From NCBI GenBank assembly GCA_015680685.1, contig MNCI01002706.1, positions 613,415-677,414 of the forward strand: a stretch of 64,000 nucleotides of DNA, in the 5' to 3' direction. Under the pieces are notes generated by a model. It ran no database searches. It was not told the DNA's origin and saw only the letters and a list, made by a program, of their open reading frames with translations. The translations under genes and the position numbers were made by a program. Source of the DNA: Gnetum montanum (taxonomy: Eukaryota > Plantae > Gnetophyta). The stretch's first letter is position 1. Every line of letters begins with the position of its first letter. Below, piece after piece: positions 25,801 through 35,608 of this stretch.

Positions 25801-28800
25801 GGGCCATCTGGGCCCTCCCAGTGGAGGACAAATTCTCCTTTAGGATGGAGATCAACTTGTTTTGATCCATACCAAACAAGAGGCTGGGGAGGACTTGCAC
25901 GGGGAGGAGAGCAGCACATTCTACGATAGCTTCAAAGCCTTGACCTGGAAGAGGAGACATACTAGAGACAACGATCATGGGTCCGATGGCTTCAAGAAGG
26001 GGACAAGCAAACAAACTTCTTCTTTGCCATTGCTAAGACACGTGGTTGGGGCCAGCCACGTTGTTTACACAACCAGGACGGGGGGATTATTGATGAGCCG
26101 CAGAAAATCGCAAGGGAGCTGACTCAATACTAGGGGAGGATCTGGGCCAAGCGACCTACCAAGCCCATCTCGGTTCAAGTGGCACAGGTGCTGAACGAGG
26201 ACAACACGCAGTTGCTGGCTCCTTTTTCTTGGTAGGAACTCATTGCCACCATCAATGGCATGCCGAGAGGGAAGGCACCTGGTCCTAATGGTTGGAGCCT
26301 TGAGTTTTTTAAGACCTTCATGGATATTGTGGGACCCAATATCCTGGACGCTTTCAACCTTATGCTGGCCAAGAGGCAAGTTCGAAGGGAGATCAATTGC
26401 TCCCGAATTGTGTGCATCCCAAAACAATCAGATGCACACTGCCTCGAACACTTCTGTCTTATTGGGGTCTGCAACATGTTAATTCGGGTTTTCTCCAAGT
26501 TGATTGTGCATAGGCTTGTGCCACTTATGCCCAAACTCGTGGGAGTTAACCAAGTAGGATTTGTGCAGGGCTGAACACTACAGGATCAGGTTCTCCTCAT
26601 GTAGGAGGTGTTCCATTCTCTTCAAACTACGGGCTTCCCTGGGCTTTGTCTCAAACTCGACATTACCAAGGCATACGACATACTCAGCTGGGAAGCCCTG
26701 ACTACCATTATGCAACAGAAAGGCTTTGACCAAAGGTTTATCCAGCTTTGCATTCACATGCAGTCATCCGCCGATTTCTCTTTCGATGTAGGGGGGCAAT
26801 TGTGGGGTCTCTCCTCACCAGGGAGGGGATTACGGTGGGGGGACCTGCTTTCGCCCCTGTTGTTCATCATCGTTATGGATCTAATGCAACACTATTGTCG
26901 AACGTCAGGGGTTGACGGCTTAGACATTGTGGGGTTGGAATGTCGGGTTGAGCACTATGCGGATGACACAATGCTGCTCAGTCGGGCAGGGGTCTCACAT
27001 GCACGATGCATCAACATCGCATTGTCCCGGCTGGCGGTTGAGTTGGGGCTAGAGATTAATAGGGCTAAATCCTCTACCCATTTTGTTAATGTGGATAAAT
27101 AGATTAAAAATCGGGTTGTGCAAGTCCTGAACATACTGCCTGGAATGGGCAAGGACACATACCTGGGCATCCCACTCTACTAGTGAGGGCGGAGCATGTC
27201 GTGGGGGCCGTTGATGGAGAAGGTTGAAAGAAGGATGGGTCATTGGGCAAATCGATTTTTGACTCGGAAGGGGCGATTGCTTGTGGCAACGGGGATTCTC
27301 ACGGTGATTACCTGGTTTGTTGTGGCCATTGCCACCCCCTGAACACCATCATTAACAAGATCAACATGCTGATCAGGCGTTTCATTTGGAAGGGGGGCAG
27401 GGGGGGGGGGCAAAATCCACTTGGTAAACTGGGAACGGGTTGCGTGCCCTGTAACGCGGGGGGTTGGGCATCTCGTCGTTTGAAGACGAGCTGATGCTTG
27501 GACAACAACGACTGATGCTTCGTTTCATGTGCCCGCCTAGGGAGCTGATCCAGTGGATTTGCATCATGAATACAAAGTATCGACGTTGGGAGGTGGGGCT
27601 GCAAGATTCTAGGCCTTGGCAGGCACTTTGCTGTCACACGTGTGCAATGTAGACAATGGGGTGGTTGGACCTCGAGCTACGTTGCTGCTGGCGGCCGGGT
27701 ACCCACAAGTGTTAGTTTGGCAACAAATTTGGAGGGGGCAGCTCCCTGAAAAGATCAAGATCTTCCTTTGGTTAATGCGACAGGATGCGTTGTTAGTTCA
27801 CGTGTTTCTGTGCAGATGCGGCCTCATGCAGGATGACACCTGTCCCTGTTGCAGCGTTGAGCCTGAGACAGTCCGGCACTTCGTTTTTGACTACGCATAC
27901 ATGCACGCCACGTGGCATGCCTCATCAGTGATTCTTGGGCCACACTACTTTTATGGGTAGCATGGAAAGCAAGAAACTGCACTGNAGTCACGTCGACTTT
28001 TGAACCTGACTGCGCCGCATTCTAGGCAGAAAAGAACTTTGGCAGATGGTGGAACAGTGTGGCTGGTGTAACCCCCTGCAACGACTAGTTGAGGACCCAG
28101 ATTTTTCAGGTGACGCGTTCTTCGCTAATTGGCACAACGACCGGACCTACTTCCGAGGGCGTGAGGTTACCGTTACGGAATCCTCAATCGCCAGCTGTCT
28201 GGGGCCCAGGCCATTGGCGAGGTCATCTTACCTTCCGCACATAGTTTGCAGGATGCGGAATTGTTTTTTGAAGGGTCGGTGCCACGCACGCAAAGTCGGC
28301 AGGTGCACAGATCCTCTTTGCCCCGAATCTGAGCCCGAGCGGCAGATCTTGTGGACAAATTTTTTGTCCAGTCTGGCAATGGCTCTAAGCTCCAGGGCAT
28401 CCACTTTGCCTTTCTCCGTTGCCTGAAATTTGGGCGCTAGGTTAACTTACCCCGATTTTTCTTGGTGGCCCTTCAACTACAGTGACACAGTCGTCATTCG
28501 GGGTTAATCTTGGCCTTGTGGCGGGGGGTAGAGGGGGGGGGGGGCAAAACTTGTCGACCTCATAGGGTGCCCCCTCGCGAGGGGCCCCCCATTCTGGCCC
28601 TGCGGCTTCGGTCAGTCGGGGGAACCTCTGGGCCCTACTGACAACGACCTACACGCGGAAGCGGTGTAGCTAGCGGGAACGGCACCCCCCTGCCAATCTC
28701 GCTGGGCCGGAGTTGCCCCCGTCGGAGACCTTCGAGCACAGCATGAACTGGGACGAGGAGTTGCAGCAGGCCACTCAGAGGGCTGCAATTGTGGTGTGTG

Positions 28801-31800
28801 AGGCTGAATGAAGGGAATGGGAGGCAAAATGGTAGGCAAAATGGTAGGAAGCCCTTGTGCAGGCACGGGCCGACTTGGAGGCCCAATTTCATGAACAGGA
28901 GCAGGAGAGAGTGAGGCAACAAAACCTCTTGGCCTTTGCAGCCTGGGCCCGGTTGGTGGATGAGATTCGGGCCCAAGTGAGGGAAGAGTTGCTACAGGAA
29001 GAAGCTACCCAAAGGGAGCGTGAGGAGGCTGAACGGATGGAACAGAAACGTGAACAAGAGGAGGAGGAGCAATGACAGCGACAGCTCGATCGGGCACACA
29101 AGCACAGTGCTCGGCAATGGCTTAGAGGGGGGCGGTGCCCATACCTCATCCTAGGCATCAATTGCGACAGCTCCTGGGGTGAGCTCAGGCACCACATCCG
29201 TCAGACCTTGGTGCGTTTCCATCCTGATGGGGGAACTTCGATGGCTGATCGGGACAAGTGAGAGTCGACCATGCAAGGTATCCAGCAGGTCGCCAGTTTT
29301 GTGGACACGGAGGTCCACCGGAACACGTTGGATATTCTCCATGAGCTGGAGCGCGCACACTGTGCCTACCATTGGCTGCCAACGAACCCCTAGTAGGGGT
29401 GTTGCTTTGGCCTGTGGGAGGTGCTTGCCCCCCCGGGGGATCGAGTGGTGCCCCCCCATCCTTGTCGGGGGTCCCCGCCTCCCCCGTTTGGTGGTGCCCC
29501 GACCCCCTGCGTCCCCGCCCCAAAATCGTTCTTTGGTTTTTCTGTGGCTTCGGCTAGACTGATGCGGTGTCAGACTTGTTTGTTTCTTGGGGCTTTCCCC
29601 ACCCCGTGTGTGCCATTGCTGATGACCTGCAGGTTGTAATTTCCTGTACTATATTTTTTCAGTAATATACTTCCGACTATTTCCTCAAAAAAAAAGGGGG
29701 TTTCATTATTTTTTTTGGAAAATAAATCATCCTTTGTTTTCTGAATGAAAGATTCAAAACTGCCAGTAATAACCAGATTAAACAATGATGATGATTATAA
29801 CACTCATCTGTAGGAAGCAAGAGTTAACACTCAGAGTCCCGAACAAGCTGGCTGAAAATGCAAGAGTAAACTTTTTTTTTTGTTGCCTTTTCCCAAACAG
29901 TTGATCAATTGTCAGAAATTATATTTGCATATAGACCAGCATAGACAACTATCAATAAAATAATGCATAACAAAGAAAATTATATGAGGTAAAAAATGGC
30001 CCAAGGATCTAGCAAGAAGAGAATGCCAATATGATGTTTGACATCTCTTACTACACTATGCATCTAGGGTGTAGTATAAAAGCAAAAACATCTAAAACTT
30101 AAAATCATATCAATAGCCATCTTGCTTAGCAAAAAGCCAATTAATTCAATCCTTTCACTTCATGGTCTTAAATTATGCACAGAAAAAATGTAATAAGTTA
30201 TAAGGAAGTCAAACTCAGGAGAAACATGTTATTCATGTCCCTGGAAAACTCCTAATTGAAGTACAAATAATACATTAATCTTTACATTTATTCACAATAT
30301 CATTGCAAATGATACAATATTTAAGATTCAACAAGCAAGAAAAATCAGAAACTAGATTGTTCACATTAATAAACTTGTTCACATAGATAGCGGGACAACA
30401 AGCACAAGAATCTTATGAAACAGTAGTTTACAAATCAAATTATCAAAAGTCTTAACAAAAGAATAAAAAGCAACTACATCTAGTGTCAATCAATAAACCA
30501 TAAACATAAACAGATTTAGATTTAATTATAAATTAACATACTAGCTTTTTCCCACTCCATTGGACTCATAGAAAGTTACTAAAATTATACTTGAGAAGGC
30601 ACACAAATAAGAATCAAAATTCAAATCCAAGGATTAAGCATTGAAGGGGATCATCAAGACAATTTTTAAGCCAAGAACAAAGAATTCGACAATTCTGTAA
30701 ATTTTAGAAAATCACAAAATAGACAAGGGCCTAGGGATACTTGGCCCCTATTGGCAAATCGTTATGCCAATATGCCCCAAATTGTTATGGGTGTTTTTGA
30801 ATCATTAGAGAAACAACTTTCATCCAAGTCATTTAGGCCTAAGAGTGCAGAGGGCAGGTGGAGAGATCTATCAATAAAATTAAGGATTCAACAATCTAAA
30901 ATCTCAACAACAAATCTTGTCAAAGTTAATTTCAACATAAAATGACATTCAAGGCAAAGAAAGGAGGAGAGCTGAGATATTAAGACTATGAGCCAATGCT
31001 ATCACACATAGCAAGAGAAGGATTCGTCTTACCTTGTTACTTAAAGTTTTTTTTTTTGGCTTACCAAGAACCATTAATTACAATATTGGACTGTTGCTTA
31101 GCTTAAATTTCCCTTTTATTTGTTGTCTTTTGTAGCAGCCACAATCTTCCCTTGTTGCTATTTTTTTTCCAGCCACAACCTTCTTATGTTGGTGTTCATT
31201 TGTTGTTTCAGCCACAGTCTTCTTTTGTTGTTGTTCTTCTTCTCTTTTAGCCATTGTCTTGTTGTTGATGTTGTTCATTTGCTACTTCAGCTATAATCTT
31301 CTATTGTTATTGTTCATCTTTTTGTTCAACCACAGTCATCTTCTTGTTGTTGTTCAGTTGCTACTTCAGCTGTAATCTTCTATTGTTATTGTTCATCTTC
31401 TTGTTCAACCACAGTCATCTTCTTGTTGTTCATTTGCTATTCCAGCCATAGTCTCCACGTCCCTTGTGATTGAGCTCTCCTTCTTTCTAATATGCATATA
31501 CACTCTTCCTTTCTCTCCTTTTTTTTTTGCCTTTCCCTCTCCCCTCTCCCCTCTCTTTATAATTGCTAGCGGAAACCAAGAGATGATGGGTTGTTTCTTG
31601 TAACTGATTCTTTATTAAAAATTGTTTTGCTTCTCATTGTTTTGTTCTTCAAGAAATAAAACCATTTTCCACACCACCTAGTCATGAGTTTAATTTTTCC
31701 ATGATCACTCTTAAAAATTAATAAAAGTATATGCTAACAAGTTAAAGGCTTAATTCCCTGAGTTGCAACTTTCAATAATTTGAAATTCTAATTGTGCCAT

Positions 31801-34800
31801 GTCTCAAGTTCAATTCCTTTCGATCTCACATAGCAGAAAACTAATAGCCATAAAACATAAAAACATAATATCCACCTCTATTCCTTCTTTCTTCAACAAT
31901 ATGTAACCTTTAAATTTATCAGCAATAAATATGTAGCTGTGCTTTATTTCCAGCAACAATTTTTCTTAGAAATCAAATCATAAGGTGCAATGGAATAGAT
32001 TTCAAAATGGGAATATAGAAGAGTGCAAGTCCAAGACATAAAACCAAGTGAAATACTTTCTCTTTCAGGCCATTAGCAATGCAAGAGTTTCCATTGCACG
32101 TTCATAACTTATTATTGCTTTGTCTTACGATGCTTTGAAAGGTCATCACTTGACCTTTCTACATCCATGGACGGGGTACTTATATTCTATTAATTAATAA
32201 AACTCTGAAGAACAATGCATCAACAATATGCACAACATTCCACATGTTCATCATTTAAAATAATACAACTGTGATATACATAATATTATTGATTCATAGG
32301 TCAGGTTTCTTTCACTTGATTCATTGGTTAAGTTCCTTAGCAACATTTGCGTAGTTATATATATCTAAAAGAATCATTCATACTAAGCAAAACATATCTC
32401 TTTCAGCCCTTGAAGCATAACATAAAGAATTTTTGTTTCTTCTTTTATTTCCAACTCTAATTACTGAATAATTAGAATTTGTATATTAGCCCTTAGAGAT
32501 AAGATATCCAAAACTTATATGAATACACACCAAAGCAAATATATAAGATACCCACACTAATATATATATATAGCTACAGTTCACAGGAACATTCTAATCA
32601 GTCTAAAAAATCATTTCAATGCACATAGGTCATGCAACATAAAAAAAAAAAAACCATAGTAACAGTCTCATAAATAATACAACATTTCAGCTTCGTTTCT
32701 ACGCAGCATTCCTTTTGTTTATTCAATTAATATATGCTAAATCAATCAGTAGTATGCACTTAATACTTTGCATCTAGTAATACACACAACACACATTAGC
32801 ACAACTTAGATCAATCACAAAGAAGAATAACCAGTCATTCAGGCAATCATCAATACATGCACATTAGCAACACTTTAAATCTATCACAGTCATAACAAAT
32901 TAGACTCACGCACATTGCCACAAACTTTAAGATGAAAATCCAAGAAAGCTGGTCATTACAATGACTGTTGTGCATACTTACATTCCCAAGAGGTTCTGTT
33001 AACATTTTAAGTGAATGAAGGAAAGGAAGTTGTGCCTTAGCATCATTTTTCTCATCATGTTGATTACAGTGGACAACATATTAAATTTCATTGTAATTAA
33101 GCTGTGCTGTAGTTTGACTTCTACAGGTAGAGCAGTTCTTGCTGCTCAAGGCTTGACTTGGCTTCATTTTAAGTTTGATGCCTGAAGTAGAGCTTTTATA
33201 TATTCAAACATATATTACCATCTTGAAGGAAAGAGGGTTTCAATTTGCAAAATAAAAAAACGAACGGAGTTTGATGATTTTATATCAGAATGATGCATTC
33301 AAAACAAAACTTTGAGGAGAATATCTAAATTTCATTTTCAAGTAATCCTGAATATTTTGTACAGACGAACATTTGAATTGGGTAGATGGATGTTTCAGCT
33401 TTCAACAAGTAGGCTACAATGTTGCAGAAGACAGAGTGCCCTGAGGCCAAATGTTTAGAGAGTGGCACTGAACTGGGCACGTAGGTTCAGACAAAATTTG
33501 ATTTCTATTATTTAAAATATTAGAGAATTACACAGCTCATTTAGAATTGATAGAGTTAGGGTTGGCTCTGTTACAAAAACCACATCATCAGCCTTTGTAA
33601 AACCAACGCCAAACAATAGAAACTGATGCACAGAACTGGATTTATCTGCCAGACAAATAATTATTATTTCAAGTGAGGAAAGATAAAAACTTCTCTTGCA
33701 ACAAATGAATGCACCGTAGAAATTGGCTTATGAATATTTGACCTAGGACCTCATATATTGTCTGATCTAAAAGCTCTCATTTCATTTCATCTAGCATTAA
33801 GCTCACTTCAAGTCTTTTTGGTTGGCATTGTCATCATGGAACTTTACTGAATCACTGTGAAACTATTATACGTTGTCTCATACAATCTTAGCAGAATGCA
33901 AAAGCTTTTCCACCAGTCTTTGGTCTTCCTTCCAGTTTACCACAGGTAAAAATAAAGTGAAGATTTTATACGTAATCTTTTTGTCCATGATAGTTTGCTT
34001 GAATATGAAATTGTTTAAAGATGTTGATCACTTTATCAAATACTTCTGACGAACTCCTCTTATTGTGCTTCCCGATACAGTAGAAATGAACATGGTCAGT
34101 TCTGTTTAATCATTATTTATTCACAAGCCTTGATTTCCATTGCAGTTTTCATTCAATTACTTGTTTTTTGTGCAAACCTTATTCTCATTTTTCCCCCTGT
34201 TACAAAACAAAATTTTAAGATTTCATGGTTAATTGTGTGTATTTTTTTTGTAGGTAAATATGCTTCTTCTTCCACTGGAGTCCATGGTTGCTTCTGCTAT
34301 GAATGCTGTTCAAAGTCTTATAAATAGTGAAGGGGAAATCAAGCTAGAGATTTCTCATGGACAAGGCCAAACATTAATTCACTCATTGCATTTAAAGCTC
34401 CAAGAGGTTTGTCCTATCTTGATAGGTGTGGTTCCAATGCTCTTGAACACAGTGAAAGATTTGCATGAAACATTAACAAGGCTGGCACGTACAGCAAGTT
34501 CTGATGCTGGTGTTCTCCATAAGGTAATTTCAAATTCTACTCTTTTGATGCTATATATATTTTCTCTATTTCTGGTTGATAAATTTAAATCCTATATAGG
34601 TTTATGTCCTAGATTTTTATTGATTGATTTGTAGGCTCTTGAAGTTGTTGGAGAAAGTCAAGAAGTACCATCACAGGAAATGGGTTTAGAAAGACCAGAA
34701 CTTGATGGAGCTGAAGTCTTGTCTGCAGAACAAAACAGAGATGTTTTAGAGACAGTTCAGGGCCATGATGAATGTGGAGATTCTCTGATGGACGAAGAAC

Positions 34801-35608
34801 TTTTACTCCAAGAGAATGAGGAGTCTTGGATTTCACCTCCAGACAGTCTTTCCCTTTCAGGTTCATTAAGTTCAGAATGTCCTAAAAAAGTGGTGGATGA
34901 TGAAGATAAACACCCTACATTTAAAGATGAAACAACTTTAAGAGTGAGAGAAGAAAAATCAAATGCACTATATCCTCCTCATAGCCAGCAAGATTCACCA
35001 CCTTGTGTTAAGCATGATGATGAGAAGCAACATGACTCCTCTGATGGTAGCTGCACCAGGATTACACGTTCTCCTATTCATATGACAGAGTCACAAGTAG
35101 GTCTCACGAAGACTTCAGAATTGCTTCAGTCAGTTGTGGTTACACCAGAGGCAAAGCTAAAGGAGTCTTTAACATCTTTGTCTCATGATGGAAGTAAAAG
35201 TTGCAATGACCTTTGTGCTCTTTTTTCTTCACTGAATGCTGAGAAAAGAAGGCGACCATTTAGAGGTAGCTACTGAACTTACTGGGGTATGATGTTGCAT
35301 TATGTTAGTTTCTACTATTCTGACATGCTGATTGGTAAATTAGGGCAAAATACTTATGCTGTTTCTGTCCTCAAAAGAGTCGAAGCAAAACTGAATGGTC
35401 GAGAGATTGATGCAAATAGGTTTGATGCCTCTAAAACATCAAAGTTTATTGAGGTCTGGCTTACTTCTACATAGCTTTTTGTTAACCAGTCTTTTATTTT
35501 GATTGCAGACAATTTAGTGTGTCAGAGCAAGTTGATCATCTTCTTCGGCAAGCAACAAACATAGATAATTTATGTAACATGTATGAGGGTTGGACCCCAT
35601 GGATATGA
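4699..35608 (+). CDS. SMG1: Serine/threonine-protein kinase SMG1 (PIKK family, NMD), 3' part; coding exons 4699-4812, 4925-5055, 7401-7502, 34254-34523, 34635-35265, 35344-35419, 35509-35608
   Basis: All introns are GT-AG with consistent phases. Spliced peptide ...GHSALTTETGSLLEE|VLAITEGAEGAHDVYRLAKEAAAQHTVLMVELNK|VNMLLLPLES...LTRLARTASSDAGVLHK|ALEVVGESQE...GQNTYAVSVLKRVEAKLNGR...SVSEQVDHLLRQATNIDNLCNMYEGWTPWI* matches the plant SMG1 C-terminus and FATC domain as I recall them. Upstream exons lie outside the window. Confidence 0.93.
4925..5055 (+). CDS. SMG1: SMG1 coding exon
   Basis: gcag|aa gaa ttg...gaa gag|gtatc; EELKAILIGMQDITAKASSQLSMFCRVARGHSALTTETGSLLEE. Confidence 0.9.
7401..7502 (+). 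CDS. SMG1: SMG1 coding exon
   Basis: tttcgcag|gtt tta gca...aac aag|gttagc; 34 codons VLAITEGAEGAHDVYRLAKEAAAQHTVLMVELNK. Confidence 0.92.
7557..7722 (+). mobile_element. Probable tRNA-derived Au-like SINE remnant
   Basis: B-box-like gttcaagcctgg followed by cacagcc, ggttagact, gaccctcccaggaccctgc and gagcattgagcctctgggt, in the order of the plant Au SINE consensus as I recall it; T-rich end. Confidence 0.5.
7890..8930 (+). mobile_element. Old AT-rich L1-type LINE RT fragment (a different family from the J-domain LINEs)
   Basis: FLDAVLCKFGFS, R*GDPLLSFLF, LPNVTH..(F)VDDTFIF (~8490), KYLGIPL (~8575); heavily decayed. Confidence 0.7.
10200..11130 (-). pseudogene. Athila accessory (env-like, 'putative plant transposon protein') ORF remnant
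   Basis: LWPTISTNGEWYLGEMYPFWNNY../GDVTIKIKNITISYSMEAIVDVLGLPNGG...LPFPCLIQKLY; lies downstream of integrase as in Athila elements. Confidence 0.6.
11712..13490. mobile_element. J-domain-family LINE copy B: 3'UTR/poly(A) on the minus strand (~11712-12065) joined to an inverted plus-strand segment (~12070-13490)
   Basis: poly(T) at 11712-11721 with the family-type 3' end (...ataaaatttttcccgacctttacccAAAA on minus). The plus segment encodes LWTLWRACNNMIF, the extension domain, the coiled coil and KCPYVVMDIN (start of the J-domain). Confidence 0.75.
15772..16356 (+). mobile_element. Solo LTR related to the chromovirus LTR at 45734-46295, inserted in the Athila RNase H
   Basis: TGTGAGAGA...GTTGTTACA termini, near-perfect TSD GTATG/GTATA, and shared blocks (ccccatggttcgggggccatgg; cttggggtgttggacaacgt) with the 45734 LTR. 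Confidence 0.85.
16328..16474 (+). repeat. Perfect tandem repeat, 3 x 49 bp, spanning the solo-LTR end and flanking Athila sequence
   Basis: ttggacaacgtcgaggcaacgttgttacagtataactttttttaaggta starting at 16328, 16377 and 16426. Confidence 0.95.
21082..21100 (-). promoter_or_regulatory. Primer-binding site of the Athila-type element (tRNA-Asp-like)
   Basis: The minus strand reads ...ATCA t TGGCACCATTGCCAAGGAC just inside the LTR, a mutated form of TGGCGCCGTTGCCGGGGA. Confidence 0.8.
21102..22019 (-). repeat. 5' LTR of the Athila-type element
   Basis: tgataaacg...atatcatca termini, adjacent PBS, TATA-like tatttatata ~21850; similar to the solo LTR at 52248-53091. Confidence 0.75.
22020..23089 (-). 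pseudogene. Decayed K/E-rich coiled-coil ORF of unknown, probably transposon, origin
   Basis: ORF-track pieces 22778-23089, 22556-22750 and 22304-22555 are one frame broken by single stops, continuing toward 22020; no introns and no recognisable catalytic motif. Confidence 0.45.
23527..24960 (+). pseudogene. LINE ORF1 (DUF4283/RRM-like nucleic-acid chaperone), copy C
   Basis: Q/E-rich N-terminus; LLFIFPSQQARDSVLLGGPWFYGARGLALTPW...IWMRIARIPWELWN typical of plant L1 ORF1; C-terminal LQQTLRGVY; final TGA overlaps the ORF2 ATG. Confidence 0.85.
24957..29393 (+). pseudogene. LINE ORF2, copy C: APE endonuclease - RT - zf-RVT - helical domain - coiled coil - J-domain (disrupted)
   Basis: MKIFSWNCRG, VCLQETK, IVGDFNQ, SDH, FRFEATWL, KAPGPNGW, KLDITKAYD, GDLLSPLLF, HYADDTMLL, KIKIFLW..CPCC..ETVRH; then MVEQCGW...FFANWHNDRTYFRGREV...; coiled coil 28857-29110; J-domain 29136-29333. 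Confidence 0.88.
29136..29333 (+). pseudogene. J-domain (DnaJ, HPD motif intact) at the end of LINE copy C ORF2
   Basis: In frame with ORF 28857-29075 after one TGA: CPYLILGINCDSSWGELRHHIRQTLVRFHPDGGTSMADRDK*ESTMQGIQQVASFVDTEVHRNTLD; HPD = cat cct gat at 29220-29228. Confidence 0.85.
29800..30490. repeat. Dispersed AT-rich repeat, copy 1 (second copy ~61838-62410)
   Basis: Long colinear matches such as taggaagcaagagttaacact, gctgaaaatgcaag, ttgatcaatt.tcagaaatt, aaagcaaaaacatcta and cagtagtttacaaatcaaattatcaaa. Confidence 0.85.
31140..31450. repeat. Degenerate tandem repeat (~79-bp unit built from ~40-bp subunits)
   Basis: ttgttcatttgctacttcagctataatcttctattgttattgttcatc...caaccacagtcatcttcttg at ~31271 and ~31350, plus partial copies of cagccacagtcttc. 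Confidence 0.75.
34254..34523 (+). CDS. SMG1: SMG1 coding exon
   Basis: ttttttgtag|gta aat atg...cat aag|gtaatt; 90 codons VNMLLLPLES...LARTASSDAGVLHK. Confidence 0.93.
34635..35265 (+). CDS. SMG1: SMG1 coding exon (acidic, Ser-rich linker)
   Basis: tttgtag|gct ctt gaa...ttt aga g|gtagc; includes the conserved WISPPDS. Confidence 0.9.
35344..35419 (+). CDS. SMG1: SMG1 coding exon
   Basis: aattag|gg caa aat...aat ag|gtttga; GQNTYAVSVLKRVEAKLNGREIDANR. Confidence 0.92.
35509..35608 (+). CDS. SMG1: SMG1 last coding exon (FATC domain)
   Basis: gattgcag|a caa ttt...tgg ata tga; QFSVSEQVDHLLRQATNIDNLCNMYEGWTPWI*. Confidence 0.96.

Larger units (their letters stand above)
23484..29695 (+). mobile_element. 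Near full-length (~6.2 kb) L1-clade LINE, J-domain family, copy C, inside the large SMG1 intron
   Basis: Degenerate TSD aaatggggttttca (23470) / aaaagggggtttca after the poly(A), at a TTTT/AAA site; ORF1; ORF2 starting MKIFSWNCRG; RT YADD; zf-RVT; extension with HPD J-domain; poly(A) 29687-29695. Confidence 0.93.

Noticed and set aside
29076-29393. J-domain as a host DnaJ pseudogene or a one-off 3' transduction
   Set aside because: It occurs at the same position, in frame, inside the poly(A)/TSD boundaries of several diverged LINE copies and has diverged along with them.
33365-33480. Possible cassette or poison exon in the large SMG1 intron (tttgtacag|...)
   Set aside because: The donor is weak, the flanking exons already join in frame with homology, and there is no supporting evidence in the sequence.
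34680-35276. 198-aa ORF as an independent gene
   Set aside because: It is the long SMG1 exon 34635-35265 read past its splice donor.
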